This document shows positions 39,640 through 52,809 of a stretch of 64,000 nt of DNA, one piece after another; position 1 is the first letter of the stretch; each line of letters opens with the position of its first letter. Location of the stretch: the NCBI RefSeq assembly GCF_018977255.1, contig NW_024704743.1:103356001-103420000 (forward strand). Direction: 5' to 3'. A program made the position numbers and the translations under genes. This DNA comes from Callorhinchus milii (lineage: Eukaryota). A model generated the notes under the pieces. It saw only the letters and a program-made list of their open reading frames with translations, ran no database searches and was not told where the DNA came from.

Positions 39640-40960
39640 TGAATACACTGAAAATCCCCCGCACCCTCCAAAAAAAGCTAGGAAACATTCCCCCCCTTTT
39701 CTACATTCCAGCCAATTTCATCCTGTATTATCTCCAATTCTGACATATGAAATATCAGTCATTTATATAAATTCCTTGAAATGCCACCTATCGAATGAAA
39801 CATAAGTTGGAGCATGTTGCAAGGCTGTGCATACTCTAGGGATGCAGAGAACACCGTGTTTCAGTCACAGTTTCATTGCTTATCAAATGATTGAAAATCT
39901 CTTTGATGGCAAACATTACTGAGCAGTGTTTGAAGATACCTGGACTCATTTCATCATCTGACAGCAAGGATGGATGCCATTAGCTCAACAAAGCATGGAT
40001 GGTAACAAATCTTGCGACAAGAAGAGGGCATTTCAATGTGATCTTATATATTTCAATTCACAGGCAAATTTCAGAAGATCTATGTTAGATATAGAAAGAT
40101 TGTACTGGAATTAATTCATTCATATAAAGGAGTCAAACTTATGGTGTATCTTAACAGGATTCTACTGCATTGCATCAACTCATGGTAAGTCCATTCCATC
40201 AAATTCTACTTCCAGAACAAAGTTTCAAGGATTGGCAGAATCTCCAATGCACTGTTCAGAAATAATATAATTTAGACCACGCGTTTTGCTCAGAATAACT
40301 GCAAAATGAAATAGATTGTTAAATTAAATGTGTTAAAGGGAATTCATCACCATTCTGGTGATTTCATATTTCAAACGTTGATGATATCAATACTGAGGAG
40401 ACAATGCTCTTTTTGTTTTGGACGCTACTATTAAATACGCACATGCCAAGTATATTACAATTCAGCCTAGAAGAAAATTGTAGGATGTGATTTTGTTGCG
40501 GAAACCGAAACTTTAAACACACACCTCAGGTTTTTATACTTGCTGCAACTTTTAATGACTGCAGTGAGAACCCTTTGGACCATCTGTGTGTGCAGCACCT
40601 GCCGCATACTCCATTGCACAATCCACCTGTCCATCAACCCATCCTGCACTCTCATTGTATCATCCAACTGTTGGATGGTCATGGGCGGATGGTCCAATAG
40701 GAATGCGTACTCACTGTATTGAAATTGAACTGATTGCACAAAATCTACAAATTTAACAAATTGTGGCCGCAACATTTGGTCAAAAAATCACACAAATTCA
40801 TTGCAGTCTTAATTATAGTTGCATGTTGAATAAAGTGTTCTCCACTGCTCCAAAAACCTGCCTTAACATCATCCACAGAGAACACCCTTTGATGCATCAG
40901 CAATTTTTTTAGATGTTCTGTAACAGCAAATCTTTGTGACCCAGATAGCCAAATAACTAC
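39640..40960. mobile_element. Possible two-ORF Harbinger fossil: transposase remnant (+, ~39640-40180) convergent with MADF/Myb-like remnant (-, ~40470-40960)
   Basis: + strand NATYR..VGA, AYSR....VFQ, FN, IER..GI, WCIL, ALH; - strand KAGFW, IKT..NLCDF, QYSEYAFLLDH. Confidence 0.35.
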
Positions 40961-42662
40961 CAACTTACTATCAAACGCTGTGTTACTTAATGCTGGGAGC
41001 TAACATGAAACTTGTCATTTCCTGGGAATTTACCGAAAACCTGCAGAAACTTTCATATAAGCAAGTTTTAATGAGATGATATTTGGATTCCAGCAGAAAA
41101 ACAGAACAAAAGGTTACTTATGGAAGAACTTATGAACACTGGTGTCATTTTACACTTTCCTAGTGTTGAAATATTCTTTGGAAATCAGAATACAAAAGAA
41201 TATACATATCAGCCATTGGTAGCTGATATGTAAAGAACAGTAAAATATCTGAATTTGGCAGGAACACCTATTTTCTAAATCTAAATTAACTCAGTATAGA
41301 AAACACATCATTCTCCTTCATCAAAAATAGTGGTTTTCAAAAAGAGATACTAACTAGACCAGACATCCTAACTCTTAGGAACATAGGAAAACAAAAACAA
41401 GAGAGAGGCCATTCAGCCCACCAAGCCTGTTTAGACTAGTTTATTAGATTGTTGCAGATTTAAATAAGTGCAAGTTATTATTGTTGTTGGAACTAGCTTC
41501 GATGTGATTAGAGATTTTTAGCATAATAATGATTTGAGTTTCCACAATCTCTTCAAAATGCTGGTGATATGTCACCACACTACAAGAGAGCTGAGTTATT
41601 TTTCGATAAAACTGTTGGGTAAAATTTCTGATGTTGTAAACTGTTACTTTAAAACAGAAGTTAAATCTTACTGAGAGGTTAACCAAGCAATCGGTAAAAG
41701 TTATTGTTTGCTGTAGGCTTTTGCCCCTACTCAGCAGATCAAGCTGCAAAATATACATTCAGCAAATAAAACAATAGGGGTCTCTATAGAATCTAAAATA
41801 TATAAAATAAAAATCACTGTCTCAGATTTTTTTAAAAATGGCAGGTGTTGAGAGCTGGAAAAGAAGTCAATAAACAAGAGAGCCTGCTGCCATCTGGTGA
41901 GCAACCGATAACACTTAAGGAATACAGCAAATGTTACTCCATTAACTGTAATATTAATTTCAGGTGATTCAGACGTTTCTGATGGAGCCTGATGGATGTT
42001 TCAGGAGAATTCTACTTGCCTGAAAAATCCATGACATGCATGCTTCACATTAGTCCAACAGTATCCTGGCTTTCACCAATTGGTTCAAAAGTAATTTCAG
42101 TGTGTCAGTAGCTTTGTGGATGGGTAGACTGTATATCATTTGGTTGACTGAAACTTATCTGATCTTTTTCTTTGATCTATGAAGATTGCTAGTGTGCCCT
42201 TCAAGATTAAATCTGGGAGTTTAAAATTACCACCATAATTTTCTACCACAGAAAAATTTAATACAAATGATTGTAATTCAGGTGAGCATCTTTCAATCAG
42301 TATACTGTGGAAATAGACTTGATTCTCTTCCCACAAAAATTAAAACTACTATTTCCATAATAAAGAACATTCCCAACTGTAATATAAATAGAAATATGCC
42401 TTATTGTCAAATACAATTATCTAAGAACGATGAGTCTAGGACAACCACTAGGTACAGCCACCAGGTGCAAGCATCTGCTAAACTACATGATGGGATCTTA
42501 CTATTTCTACAACTGCAAGGCTCAAATGTATATCTAAGATAAAGGGCAATTACTTCTGTAAGAAACTGATCATATCTGATCCCTAAACACCCTCCAGCAA
42601 GTATAAAATTCCAAGATTAATTCTTTCTGTCCAATTGTTTAAAAATGGCAGGTGTTGAGAGC

Positions 42663-44678
42663 ACATCCCGACTCCTCCGTTCCCCCCCCCGCCACCCCGC
42701 GCAGGTCATCTCCTCCAACCTTCACTGCGAGAAGATGCTGGATTTCCTTGAATCCAAAATCAAGGGAATTCGCTCCGAGGTCACTTCCCCTCCAACATCC
42801 ACCCACCCCCCACCCCCTCCCTCCCACACTCCAACGCCTACCCATCCTCCCCTATGCACTTTCGTACCCGTTTCCCCACCCTCTGTCACCAAACTCATCC
42901 TATCCCTGAAACCCACCACCTGCTCCCTTGACCCCATCCCCACTCCACTCCTTATCTCCCAGCTCCACCTCCTTGCCCCACATATCACAAACATCGTCAA
43001 CCTGTCCCCCTCCTCTGGGTCTGTTCCCATTCACTTAAAAACTGCCACCATCACTCCCACCTTGAAAAAACCCTCCCTTGATGCGTCGCAGCTATCAAGC
43101 TACCGGCCCATCTCCAACCTTCCCTTGCTATCCAAGGTCTTGGAACGAGTTGTCGCCTCCCAGCTGCGCTCTTTCCTCTCCACCCATTCATTATTCGAAC
43201 CCCTTCAGTCGGGTTTCCGTGCTGCTCAAAGCACAGAAACTGCCCTGGTCAAGGTCACCAATGACATCCTGACCATCTGTGACCAGGGCTCCCTCTGCCT
43301 CCTCGTCCTCCTCGACCTATCGGCAGCATTCAATACGGTCAACCATGCTATCCTCCTCCACCGCTTGTCCTCCCACCTAAACCTTCAAGGCCCTGTCCTT
43401 GAGTGGTTTAGGTGATATCTCTCCCACCGTCTTCACTTTGTTTCCACGAATGTTTTTTCCTCCGGCCCCCTCACTGTCTCGTGCGGTGTCCCTCAAGGCT
43501 CTGTCCTCGGTCCCCTCCTCTTCACCCTCTATATGCTCCCCCTTGGTGACATCATCCGCAGACATGGGGTTAACTTCCACATGTATGCGGATGACACCCA
43601 ACTCTACCTTTCCTCCTCTACCCTCAACTCCATGACCACCGATGTCCTGACAGCCTGCCTGTCCGACATTGAGTCCTGGATGAGAGACAACTTTCTTCAG
43701 CTCAACGTGCACAAAACCGAGGCCCTCCTGATTGGCTCACGTCAGCGCCTCCGCACCTCAGGCGCTGACAGCATCAGCATCCAAGGCTGCACTCTCCACC
43801 TCTCAAAGCCAGTCAGGAACCTCGGTGTTCTGTTCGACCCTGAGCTGTCCTTTCTCCCTCATATCCGCGCCACAACTGGCACCGCCTTCCATCACCTCCG
43901 GAATGTCGCCAGACTACGGCACTACCTCACCCCTCACGCTGTTGAAACTCTGGTCCACGCCTTTATTACCTCAAGGCTGGACTATGGGAACTCTCTCCTC
44001 GTCGGCCTTCCCGCCACCTCCCTCCACAAGCTGCAGGTCATTCAGAACTCTGCAGCTCGTGTACTGTCCCGCACCAGGCTTCGGACCACATCACTCCCAC
44101 CCTCGCTCGCCTCCACTGGCTCCCCATCCCCCAGAGGATCGAATTCAAGATCCTCATCCTCACCTGCAAGGCCATTCACGGCCTTGCTCCCTCCTACCTC
44201 TCTGACCTACTATCCCCCTACCTACCTGCCCGTACCCTCCGTTTCTCTGGCTCCGGTCTGCTCCACATCCCCCACCCCAACTGCCCTACCATCAATGGCC
44301 GGGCCTTCAGCCTCTCAGCCCCAAGGCTCTGGAACTCCATCCCCCAGTGCCTTCGCCTTGCTTCCTCCCTTTCCTCCTTCAAGGCCGGTCTCAAAACCTT
44401 TGTCTTTGACCGTGCCTTCAGCTCCCCTCTCGACTCTCTTCCCCCTCCTCGCTCCCTCCCTTCCCTCCCCTCACCCTGACCATTTCCCCCCTCCTTGCTC
44501 TCTCCCTTCCCTCCCCTCACCCTGACCATTTCCCCCCTCCTCGCTCCCTCCCTTCCCTCCCCTCACCCTGACCATTTACCCCCTGCTCGGGTCCTTACCC
44601 AACTGTACAGCGCCTTGGGACATCCTCCCGACGTAAAAGGCGCTCTATAAATGGAATCTTGTTGTTGTTGTTGTTGTT
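42663..44678 (+). mobile_element. Young 5'-truncated L2 LINE (RT domain to 3' tail)
   Basis: [56 protein letters not shown]; only one nonsense (43413-43415) and one frameshift (~44084) seen; (gtt)n tail; ttgttta at both ends. Confidence 0.95.
44440..44577 (+). repeat. ~46-bp pyrimidine-rich minisatellite x3 in L2 3' region
   Basis: cccccctcctcgctccctcccttccctcccctcaccctgaccattt repeated three times. Confidence 0.92.
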
Positions 44679-46905
44679 TAGGTCGTCATGTTTACTTCCC
44701 TGAAAGGCAGCTTTATTTTTCTTCTGCTCTGAAATTTGTGAGGTTGCTATTTCTAGTTGCATATGCTAGGCAGTGTGATGACTCAGAATCAATATCACCA
44801 ATCATCTCTGGGCTTCAAATTCTGTGCTACACCTTATAGCGTGTCAAGTCTCTTGTTCATTAAATCCTCAGCAATACTGTCCCAATACTGCAATACCAGA
44901 GTGCACGTTACCAACTCCATTGTTGGAGGTACGAACTTTTGGAGGTGATGTTAAACAAAAGTCCCGACTTCTTGTTCAGGTCGACTTTAAAGATGCCCTG
45001 GTACTATTTGAAAACGGAAATGAATTTCTCCCGGTGAACACTCCCCAGGTAAGCCTATCATTCACTTCAAGGTTGGTAGTGGGACATTCCTGTGCACAAA
45101 ATTGGCTGCAGCATTCGCACACAAAATACACTACTAGACTTCACAGTAAATCTTGTGAAGCACTTTCAGACTGCTTCCTGGCGTGAAAGTGCTATATCGA
45201 ATGCAAGAATTATTAGGATTATTATTTATCTGATAGTTGTTTGAACATTTAGCTGTTTGAACCAATTTCAATTGTGAGAAATGTCTTGGGGAACTAAAAA
45301 ATATAGCTTTAGAAATATTTTATATAATATTTAAGTAAGGTATCTCTAGATCTTCACATTAACTTGTTCTTACATATAAAGTACAGAATACCTAACAATT
45401 TAATCAATTTTACTCTTTTGAAAAGCATGTTCATATCAGTTTATTATTAATTTCCTATTAATTTCACTTGTAGCAACAAAGTGCAAAGCATGCTGAAAGA
45501 TCAGGTTGTTTCATAATTAGAATATCACATTTCACTTCAGTATTACATAACAAGTTACGATCCGAAAATAAACTCCGAAAGTGCAGATGAAATCAATTAT
45601 TAATTAAAACTTGTAATTCTGATCCAAGCATTGACTGTGATGTCTGCACATGATAATACACTGCTGAAAACTTATTAGATTTTCTTTGAGAGACTCAATA
45701 GGAAAATATTACCATAGTGAAACGTAAGCTGTAATTGCAGAGTCTTGCATGAGCAAGACTTTCTTGTTATCGCTATTACCTAGTAAAACAGATGAATTAA
45801 CGTTCTCCAGTTGAGTTACTTAATTAACCCAATGTGCAGGTGATACAAGTGTCAAGAAATAGTCAAATAAATTAAGATTATATGAATCAAAGTAATAAGT
45901 CAATTTTGTTTTTAAAATAGCAAATAACATTTTGATATGCCACCCCTGGAACTGACTTTTTTCCTTAAAATGTCTAATATTCAAAATATGTAAGACACTT
46001 TTAGGCTACCATCTGGTGAAGAGCTGCGCAATGTGTGCAGATTTTCCTCATTCTCACGATCAAAGCAAAAACAACCTACATTTCAATTCTGAAAGGTCCA
46101 AAGAGAGAAACACTTCTCCCAAAATCAGTGGACAGACCAGTTCCTAATTGTTCATTAAGGATATGTATAAAAAGCATGTTTTCAACTGCAATTTTGGTAT
46201 CATACCTTAATTATCACCAACAATAATTGAGGAATAAAATTTGTTCATACTCCCTCAAGGATTTCATTCCAAGGTTTGAGTACAGTAAACAAACCAAAGG
46301 AAGAATCAGTCTTGAAGTCTATGGGCACTGAAGATTGCTGTGGACATTGAATCATGAATAATACAATCGTACATCCAAATGCACTTGTTCACCTGATTAA
46401 AGCAGCTTACACATGCACCCACCTGAACCTTACTTATTTGCAATGCATAAACTGCCACAAACTTCCTCAGAAAACACAGATTTTATCACAATGAACAAAT
46501 GAGTTGCTAAAATTCTGTGCTGTGAAATGCTGTTCAGCTTTTGTCATAGTACAGCAGAGACCACTGCAGATTTTTCTTTCATCTTTTGTATATAGCCAGC
46601 CACAAGGCAATATATATTTGTTCAAAGGAACTATTTGAAAAATAAGTTGGATGAAAAGAGAGATGTTTTGGGGTCAGAAAGCAAAGGGGAAAAGTGAAAG
46701 GGTTTCTCGGAATGAAAAGATTTAGTGTTCCACAAGAATAGGTATTCTAATTGGTCTTACTTACTTTATATATAAATGATCTAGAATTAAGAATTGCAGG
46801 ATCAACAACAACAACAAGATTACATTTGTATAGCGCCTTTCATGTCGGGAGGACATCCCAAGTGGCTGGATCAGATCAATATCTGATTAAAGCAAATAAG
46901 GGGCT

Positions 46906-47298
46906 TTAACACAGAACTCGCAACCCATGTCCTCTCCCGCACCAGGCTCCATGACCCTATCGCATCATTCTCGTCTGGCTCCTCTGGTTTCCCATCACCC
47001 AGAGGATACAGTTCAAGATCCTAGTCCTCACCTTCAAGCCCCTCCATGCCCTTGCTCCTCCCTACCTCTGTGACCTCCGAACCCCCTAGCAACTGGTCCG
47101 CTCCTTCCGCTCAGCGGACTCCGGCCTGCTTCACGTTGCCTGTCTTGCCCGCCCCACCATTGGCAGTCGGACCTTCAGCCTCTCTGCTCTCACACTCTGG
47201 AACTCCATCCCACAGTCCCTCTGCCCCGCCCTTTCCCTTGCCTCCTTCCAGTCCCATCTCAAGACCCTCCTCTTCAACTATGCCTTCAGTCACTCTCC
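46906..47298 (+). mobile_element. L2 fragment lacking its tail; a separate minus-strand L2 tail lies at ~46803-46872
   Basis: cagaactc...ttcaagatcctagtcctcaccttcaa...ctctggaactccatccc match other L2 copies in the window. Confidence 0.85.
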
Positions 47299-50200
47299 TA
47301 TAAAAATTATTATAAAAATAATCCTTGCATTTACCAAAGCATCTCAGGAGAATGACTCAAAGTACTTTACAATAATATGTAATGACTGTATTTATTGCAT
47401 ATATAATGCACATTAGAAGTTCAAAATCTTTAATACAAACATACATGCCAAGGTTAAATGCATGCAGCATTTATTGTTTATTAGTCTCATTGTTTAGTTA
47501 GAGTGCAGAATTCTTCCAAACATGAAAGAAATGGTGAGCTCAGTAGTCATACATAGGATAACTACAATAACACAATAAAAATGTCTAACAATTGAATATG
47601 CTGCTTACAATGGGTGCAGTTACAAGTATTATTTTAAAAGAAACAAATGATTTGTTTAGTTTTAAGGGACAATACAACAAACAATATTAATTTTCATTTA
47701 AATTGATCCCGTCACATAGGATAACATTTCAGAGATCTGCACAATGATGGAGCTGGACAGTAAGCAACAGAGGAGGGGAGAACAGGGATGCGAGGATAAT
47801 TGGAAGTATGCATGTCACATCACTTCTCATTCTACAAGCATGTTTTATGACTCTACGTAGGGTGTTTATGAACTAGTGAAGCTTCCCTAGTTTAGTGGTA
47901 ATTATGCAGACTTCACACCCAAAAATTCCCAGTTTTGTAATCTGGCGAAACATGGATACAGGTAATGACTGGAATAGGTTGCCAGGATGGGTGATTAAGT
48001 CCAAAGATGCTGAACTCATTTGAAAACGGCTTGATGCTGCAATGGGAAGACAGGAGGGTGGATATTCTCGAAAGATGAAATCAAATGGGCCAAAGGACTT
48101 CTTCATCCAAACTAATCTTGTGATCTTGTACACCCTTGATGAAAGCAGAAGTGCACACTTTATGCTATCCGTGAGTGAAAATAACAATGGATACACATTA
48201 ACATCATGCCTATGCCACCAGAAACTCCTTGCCCTGTTCCTTTGTTTCCATATTGCAGCTTGCAACTATAGCAATGAATATCTATCAGTGTGGTGGAACC
48301 TGAGGTAGAGTCTGGGCCAAGTGATCTGTGTCAGTGTTCGTTCCTGAGATAGAATTTTGCAAAGAGAAAGGGATTTTTATCAAATTTATTAACTAGTTTA
48401 AAAACCAAGGGCCCTGCTAAACAAAAAGTAACATTGCAGTTTTCTCCCTAATATATACAGACATTGGGCAATTTCAAAGGGGATTAACAAGGACTGTTAT
48501 TATAAATAGTGACTGATTCTGGTAACAGAAAGTATGTCATGCTGAGCATTGCTCTAAAGCAGATTGTGTTGGAGCATCGTAGTGCATGATGTCAAAATAT
48601 TGGACTTCACAGTAAAATGATGGATTTTTTAAAAAAAATTAGCCATGCAAATGATATAGCGACTTTCATGTCATGAAATGCTTTACTTATTTTACTGTAC
48701 AGTGTATTTTGTGCACCAAAATAAATTTCTCACCCAGGGTTTTCAAACGACTGGAGAAATATGCATAGAATCAAAGGTGAAGCGAACAGTATTTAATATA
48801 AGCAATAGATAGTCTGGAACAAACATTGTTTCCATCCTTGTTCACTGGTAAGGAGATAGGGATTTGGATGAATTTGTTAACTGGTCCATGATAGTCTTTT
48901 TTTTAAATCAAGCACAGTTCTGGACGAAAGTACTGATTTGCATGTCTCTTTATTCATGAGATTTGAAGTTATAATTTGAAGTTATGGGTTTACTGAGAAA
49001 TAACTATGAATAATTCAGCTCCCCAAGCTCAGAAATCATTATAAAAAGAGATGAAAACGAGAGTAGGAGTCAGAGGAAAGTTCCCCAGCAAATAGAAAGC
49101 ATTTATCTGCTGGTAATAACATAGACTGAGCTTGATATCAAAAGGTTAAAAATATCGTCAGCTTATGTAAGTTTTTGGATGTAGAATTCATAATCAATAG
49201 GATCAAAATAAATAATCTCCATGGTGGAAGTATATGCACAACCCAACGTAAGAATTCCAGTAATTGGATGCACAACCATAACCAGGCAGCCAGCAGATTA
49301 GAGCACACTCATCAAAGGTAATGTTTACAAATACACCAGCTCCACAATTTCACTTAACGTTTTCTTCAGTCTTCAACGAACTAACAAACAACAATTCACA
49401 TTAACATAGTACCTATCTCCCTTCCAAGAGAACATCTCAAAGTACTTTTCACAACTGACTGGACATGAGTTGGTGCAGGGTGGGGACTGGGGGAAGAAAT
49501 GGAAACTGTGGTTGAAAAGATATGTCTTAAAGAATTATTAAAGAAGGGTGAGGTACAGTAACTCCAGGATAGAGAGAGCTAAAAGCTCATGCAATGACAG
49601 TAAGGCAGATCAGTTAAGGAACATGAAGCAAGGCTGTGTTGGCTGAGAAATAAACAAGTTAATAACATTTATCAGGTGAAAACCAAATCACAAGTCCAGA
49701 AAATCAACTCAATGGAAATTGAGGAATGGCATTCTCCCTGAAGCCCAAACAAAACCATGGGGAAAAATGACAAACGGGTCTAGATTTTTTTTCTTTTTAT
49801 GTAACATTTCAGAGCATCCAGCATTGTTTAATTCAGGTTTAGCTTTTTTACATTAGTTTCTATTGTCCGCAAAAGAGCTTGGGGAAAGTTGTCTTCAAAA
49901 TGAAGGCTTTGTTTAAGAATTTGTTAAATTCTGGACAATCTGAAATGCTATACAAAATAGAGTAAATCGAGTTCTATAGAAGTTTATAGAAATGCTTTTC
50001 AAGCGGCTAAATGTAATCCTTATAATAATAATCCTTGCATTAATATAATGCCTTGTCGTGTCATTGAAACTTCTCAAAGCACTTAATAATAATCCTTGTA
50101 TTTGATATAACTCCTTATCACATCTTTGAGATGTCTCAAAGCACTTCACAAAATATACTGTAAAGAGAATTGGTGAAACACAGCAGCCAATTGTGCACAG

Positions 50201-50469
50201 CAGTGTCTCACAGGATTCACTGAAAGTGTAACAACTGTGTTTTTGTAGGTGAATGTGGCAGTTAATTTGTACACAGTAATGTCCTACAAGTAGCTATGCC
50301 GCTGTGGCTCCAGTTCTCCTGCAATGAAAAGCAACTACCATGATGGAGGAATACAAATGTCAAGATGTGAAGAATTGTGTCACAGAGAGACAAAGACAAG
50401 CAAATGCAAAAAAGTGCCACCAAACAAACGAGTGAATAAATCCACAGGAATCAATAATGTGGTGTAAAG

Positions 50470-50777
50470 TAATAATAATAATAATCCTTGCATTTGATAT
50501 AGTGCTTTTCACGACAAAACTCTGTAAAGTGAATAGGCTGTAAAGTGAATTGACTGTATATTTGTGGGCAAAATATGGCAGCCAATTGCGCATAGCAGTG
50601 TCCCACAAACAGTCATGGATTGAAGTGACCAATTTTATCATTGTTATTTTTTTTAAGGATTGTTGTAAGGCATGTGGAGTAAGGAAACTTGCACAAGATT
50701 TCACCCTGCTGGGAATCGAACCCAGGTCTCTTGCTTGCGAGGCGAGTGCTCTAACCACTGAGCTACTGAGCTACTCC
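50470..50777 (-). mobile_element. SINE subfamily B/A variant
   Basis: tRNA head 50700-50777, shared 3' module, (taa)n tail. Confidence 0.85.
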
Positions 50778-51199
50778 CTAAAATGTCACATTTCATCACA
50801 GATTCCCTGTTTTAATTACCAAATCAAAACTGTTATGAAAAGCTACATATTTCTTGATATTTCAAAGACAGGCTGAGAAACTGCAATCCTTCCCATCGCT
50901 TCCCACACATATTACATTTTTTCTATTCATTCCTTTTCCTCCTTTGAAAAAAAATACCATCATGAAAATTGGTAATTTGGTTTAAGTTTGTTATTAAATC
51001 CTGGAAACATAAATTGAATGTTCATTCGTAGGATATTGACTTGATTTTAACTGCATTTGAAATGCTGATCTCCGTAATCAGGAGCAGTAACAGAGCGAAG
51101 AAATCCTTGGGTGGGAGCAAACATTGTTCGAAAGGCTGTAGGGAGGGGAACAATTTATATAATTAAACAAGAAAAAATATTATTGTTTTAGATCCGGAT

Positions 51200-51340
51200 T
51201 GATATCCAGGACCCTGGTGAAGGTACAACTTGCAGGAGATGGCTGAGAGCAGCATTGAAGCTTGGCTGTGATTTTCCCCACAATCAAATAGCCTGCCGGC
51301 ACTCATCGTCAAGTCTCAGGAGTGAAGAATGGCCCCAAAA
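51200..51340 (+). mobile_element. Ancient AmnSINE2-like fragment (related pieces at ~18675-18840 -, 30780-30945 -, 36345-36415 +)
   Basis: tatccagggaccctg...ttggctgtgat...aatagcctgccggcactca...tgaagaatggcc resembles the AmnSINE2 consensus as I recall it; name unverified. Confidence 0.55.
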
Positions 51341-52809
51341 ATGAGTTAAAAGAAAAAATGTTCCAATGTTTTTCAAGTAGTTGTGTCTGTCTGCAGCTCG
51401 CACATTAATTGTGTCCTGATGGCAGAGAGAGTGGCATAAATGTTGCTCATGTGATGTTCGTGTCGTGTTCCCTTTGTTTTCATGTCTGTGTTGTACATTC
51501 TGTGGCTCTTTGAAAATTTGCAACAGATGCTGAAAGTAGTTGTCTTGACTGCACAACAAAGGCAAAGCATATTTTGAAACCAGACCCATTCTTTTTACAA
51601 TTGAATCTTTATGTATTGCCAAGTGACTGTCATAAATATGTAATAATAATCCTTGCATTTGATACAGTGGCTTTTATGTTGTGAGGACGGCTCAAAGCGC
51701 TCCTCAGGATTCTCTCTAAAGAGTGGCAATTATATTTTGCAGGTGAATAGATATTCATATCAATGTCAAAAATGAATATGTTTTATTGCAATATATTTCA
51801 GGATTAATATTTCACTTCACATTGTTTCCCTCAGAAACAAAGTATCATTGTGACTTTCCTTTTGTTCATTAAGCAAATTGTAAATGAAATTATAGAGCTG
51901 CTGTTTATCAACCTATAATGACATTCTTTCATTTCTTGATAAGAATATAATGATACTGTCCTGTGCTGTAAAATAACATTTTCAGGCAGGTAAGACAGGA
52001 ATGTCATTTGTATTCAGAAACAACATGGAGATGCAAAGTAGCACAAATTAATGTGGCTATGTGATATTAAAGCCGCTATCAAAATCAGTTATTAAAAGTA
52101 AAAAATATTTTACTTTAAACGTACTACTGTAGTAACTTATTTGATTGCAAAAGTCATCAAACACGAGTTTCTAATTAGCTCAATGGAAAGTATTAATATT
52201 AAAGCAATGGCATAGATTGTACATACCAGAATTTGAGATTCAAATATCTGCAGTATTAATGGGGTGAAAATTGTTACCTGTGATGCGTTAACACTGCTAT
52301 TAAAAATTGCATCATTGAAGAATACAGCCAACCCAGTCAAAAAGGCAGCCCACAGTTTACGCAATTTGATACACAGATTGCAATGGGATCCTGGTTATGA
52401 GGATACCACTAAAGTCAACAACCCAGGACAATGATTCAGATATGCCAGAGTGGGAGAACAAGAGTACACAGGGTTGTCAAGAGTAACCCTTTAACAGAAA
52501 CCAGGAAGTATTCTTTACGCACAGGGTAATCCGGGGATATAACAGATTGCCAGTAAGGGTGATTGAGACAAGCACGCTAGACACACTAACAAGCAATAAC
52601 GCTGTAAGGGGAAAGTTGGTATTCTGGAAGAATGAGATCAAATTAATCTAAACATCTTTTTCATCTGAATCTCTCTTCATTCTTCCAACTCTACCAGGAG
52701 TGCTCCCGTCCAGTGTGTGAACTCTAAACACAGAAGTGGCCTGTTTCTACATAGTTGTAACCTGACCCCATTCTGAAAGCAGCATGTTGCGCACTGGCAG
52801 CTGTGATGG

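Noticed and set aside
40150..40190. ttaacaggattc (LTGF, like the start of the next CSMD3 exon) and a nearby gtaagt
   Set aside because: Wrong strand and wrong side of the exon; similarity ends after four codons. I saw no other CSMD3 exon in the window.
44218..44529. Pro/Ser-rich and Gly/Arg/Glu-rich ORFs here and at 1396-1934, 59811-60149, 60983-61514
   Set aside because: Alternative frames or antisense of C-rich L2 sequence.
44440..44577. CRISPR-like or other prokaryotic array
   Set aside because: Contiguous tandem units without spacers inside a vertebrate LINE; nothing prokaryotic in the window.
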